Positions 1-50,210 of a DNA stretch of 50,210 bases are shown piece after piece. Numbering within the stretch: the stretch's first letter is position 1; each line of letters opens with the position of its first letter. A program made the position numbers and the translations under genes. Source of the stretch: Octopus bimaculoides (taxonomy: Eukaryota); the NCBI RefSeq assembly GCF_001194135.2, contig NC_068983.1:41699128-41749337 (forward strand). The letters are read 5' to 3'. The notes beneath the pieces are model-generated. The model had not been told where the DNA came from, did no database searches, and saw only the letters and a list, made by a program, of their open reading frames with translations.

Positions 1-26
1 ATATTATTATTATTATTATTATTATG

Positions 27-325
27 ATTTTTGAGCGAGATCGTTGCCAGTGCCCCTGGACTGGCTCTTGTGTGGGTGGCACATAGAATACACCATTTTG
101 AGCCTGGCCGTTGCCAGTACCGCCTGACCGGCTTTCGTGCCGGTGACACGTAAAAGCACCTTCTACATTCTCTGAGTGGTTGGCGTTAGGAAGGGCATCC
201 AGCTGTAGAAACTCTGCCAAATCAGATTGGAGCCTGGTGTAGCCATCCGGTTCACCAGTCCTCAGTCAAATCGTCCAACCCATGCTAGCATGGAAAGCGG
301 ACGTTAAACGATGATGATGATAATG
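27..325 (+). mobile_element. SINE-like family A copy with (GAT)n tail
   Basis: Ends ...catggaaagcggacgttaaacgatgatgatgat. Related copies at about 470-740, 6932-7211(-), 17268-17460(-), 27213-27545(-), 34955-35260, 38018-38200(-), 39125-39400(-). Boundaries approximate. Confidence 0.8.
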
Positions 326-800
326 ATTATTATTATCAGTGTATAGGTACAGGTGTGGTGGTGTGGTAAAAAGTCTGCTTCCCACCTTTCAATCATTGGG
401 CGATAAACTGCGCTTGCGAAGACCTGTTGAGGCAAGTGAAGTCATTGTCATGACAGTATTGCCAGATTAGCAGCCATGCCGGTGGCACATAAAAAGCACC
501 ATTTGAACATAGTCGATGCCAGTGCCACATGACTGGTCCTCGTGCCAGTGGCACATAAAAAGCACCCACTACACTCTGTGTGGTTGGCATTAGGAAGGGC
601 GTCCAGCTGTAGAAACCTTGCCAGATCGGATTGGAGGCTGGTGCAGCCTCCTGACTTGTCAGTCCTCATTCAAACCTTGCAACCCATGCCAGCATTGAAA
701 GTGGACGTTAAGTGATAATGATCATCTTCATCATCAACATAATTATTATTATTATTATTATTTATGATTATAGTTTGGTCATTTATTTATATATTTTCAG

Positions 801-48309
<47,509 letters not shown>

Positions 48310-48728
48310 GTACATTTTTGATTTATCACTAAACCTCGCTAAACTGAGTGCATCTCCATGTATGCATATGTGTGAGTGTGTGAATTCATATACGTACCTT
48401 ACACAAGCACATCTGTACTAACACACAGGAAAACATACATACATGCATAAATACATAGAAACACACACATGCAGATATACATATATAAGCACATCTATGT
48501 TCACATACACACAGAGCAATGGCAATACACATACACAATCAGACAGGAATACAGACACACACACACATGCTGAGGAGTTCGTACATATATACATATATAT
48601 ATTCATGTGTGTGCATGTATGTATGCATCTAACAATTGTTCAGCAAACACACACACATGCATATAATTGCGCGCACACACACACACACAGCCATATATAT
48701 ATATATGTATACATACATATATGTATAC

Positions 48729-48761
<33 letters not shown>

Positions 48762-48917
48762 ACATGTGAGAATATAAGTGTGTGTTAAAACATGCATATG
48801 AATGGATGTCATTTCAAGCATGTGTTTTTATTTACATATATTGCAAAAAAAAAAAAAGTATTACACACAGCTATTTATTTTTGCGTGTTTAACTACTAAT
48901 TTTTTATCTATCTGCAG

Positions 48918-48956
<39 letters not shown>

Positions 48957-49182
48957 TATGCATTAATCAACCAGCTTCATGCAACTTGTGTATAAATTGC
49001 ATGGGTGTTGAATGCACACATCAATACATAATTTGTGCAAGTGTTAATGTCCTTCTGTGTCTACATATTTCTATGTACACAATCTTTTGAGCAAAAACAG
49101 AAGCCACTACATACACGCTGTTAAACAAACCTACACATATTCAGGTGCCTATGTATGTATGTAACCTATGTATATATATATG

Positions 49183-49213
<31 letters not shown>

Positions 49214-50210
49214 ATATATTTGTGTGTATGTATGAATGTATTTGTATGTGTGTCTATATACACTTTGCATACATTTAGTTAGTTATATATCATCCAGTAT
49301 TTTAAATCCAAGTTTTGTCCCCGTTAACAGGGGTGGCTAGGATCTACCTCAATGCCATGGCAACCAAGGTAGGCAGGTGCAGCCCACCCCAACCTTTGAG
49401 CTGGCTGGTGCCTATTCTCCTTTGCTATCATGAGGCTTTTTTGGAGCTGGATTTTCTACGGGGGAGCATGCCCTTGCTTACCCCCAACCTTAGTTCCTAG
49501 ACATGAGTGGTCCCGAGACCAAGGCCTCTGCCATGATTTTTAACAAATATGGTGGAAAACTAGCTCAGGAAAGCAGGGACGCTACTCCCTGAGACCCCTT
49601 TCGGTGCCCCACTACCCATATAATTTATATTAATTAATATATTAATATAACAAAGTTGCTTTGGCACATGTTTCTTTGCTGCTTTGACACTCAGTAAGAA
49701 AGGTTCTGTTTTCTGAAAAAATTATTTAGCTTTTAATTTACAAAATGTATCCTTTATGCCTTGTGTCAATAAACTCTAACAGAAAAAAAGACAAAAAAAA
49801 AGTATAAAACAACTGGCATTTTATTTGACCTGCGTAATCTCAGTCTAGTGTTTTAGCATACTGTAGCCTATTTTGTCTGGAAGTAGATTCTACTTTCGCT
49901 CCGTCCGTTCTCTCGAGACTGGCCTGACACCTACCGAATTGTTTTTTTTTTTGTTTTGTCCCCTGATAATGAAATTGGTAGAACCTACATGGCTTGTGAA
50001 ATATATATGAAGCTTTAAGAATATCTTAGTTTAAATGCAGTGATTTTTGTGACTCGTCCCTGCCCCAATGAATGTATGTCTGATAATTCAAAAGATACTA
50101 TTTTCTTTTAATAATAATAATAATCACCTTAACCTCTCTCTCTCTCTTTTTCTTTCTTCCCCCACTCAGTAAACATGATTGTGTGAATTTTTATATATAT
50201 ATAAGAATAT

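Noticed and set aside
49315-49620. GC-richer block near the window end as a further exon
   Set aside because: No convincing phase-1 acceptor/donor pair or BAH-like sequence; probably an unclassified repeat.

Overview
Eukaryotic, AT-rich, microsatellite- and SINE-dense genomic DNA with six N-gaps. The repeat landscape resembles an octopus (coleoid cephalopod) draft assembly; this is an inference from recalled repeat families, not a search. The window is occupied by one large + strand gene, traced here as 20 GT-AG exons (801..48309; 7209 nt, about 2400 codons). All splice phases are compatible. The gene is open at both ends and looks like the invertebrate TNRC18/BAHCC1 (winged eye) chromatin reader. 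Support: a GxxLLSxxAE motif, an [26 protein letters not shown] coiled coil, two AT-hooks and a tandem Tudor-like module split over four exons. The expected C-terminal BAH domain lies beyond the window. Introns hold at least four SINE-like families, piggyBac-, hAT- and mariner-type MITEs or remnants, SINE-derived minisatellites and fold-back elements. The most notable spot is 19200-19880 in intron 13. There a Penelope-type minimal hammerhead-ribozyme-like fold with a degenerate core overlaps an in-frame cryptic terminal exon, and a perfect palindrome of at least 91 bp per arm follows. No prokaryotic systems, CRISPR arrays or true tRNA/rRNA genes were found.
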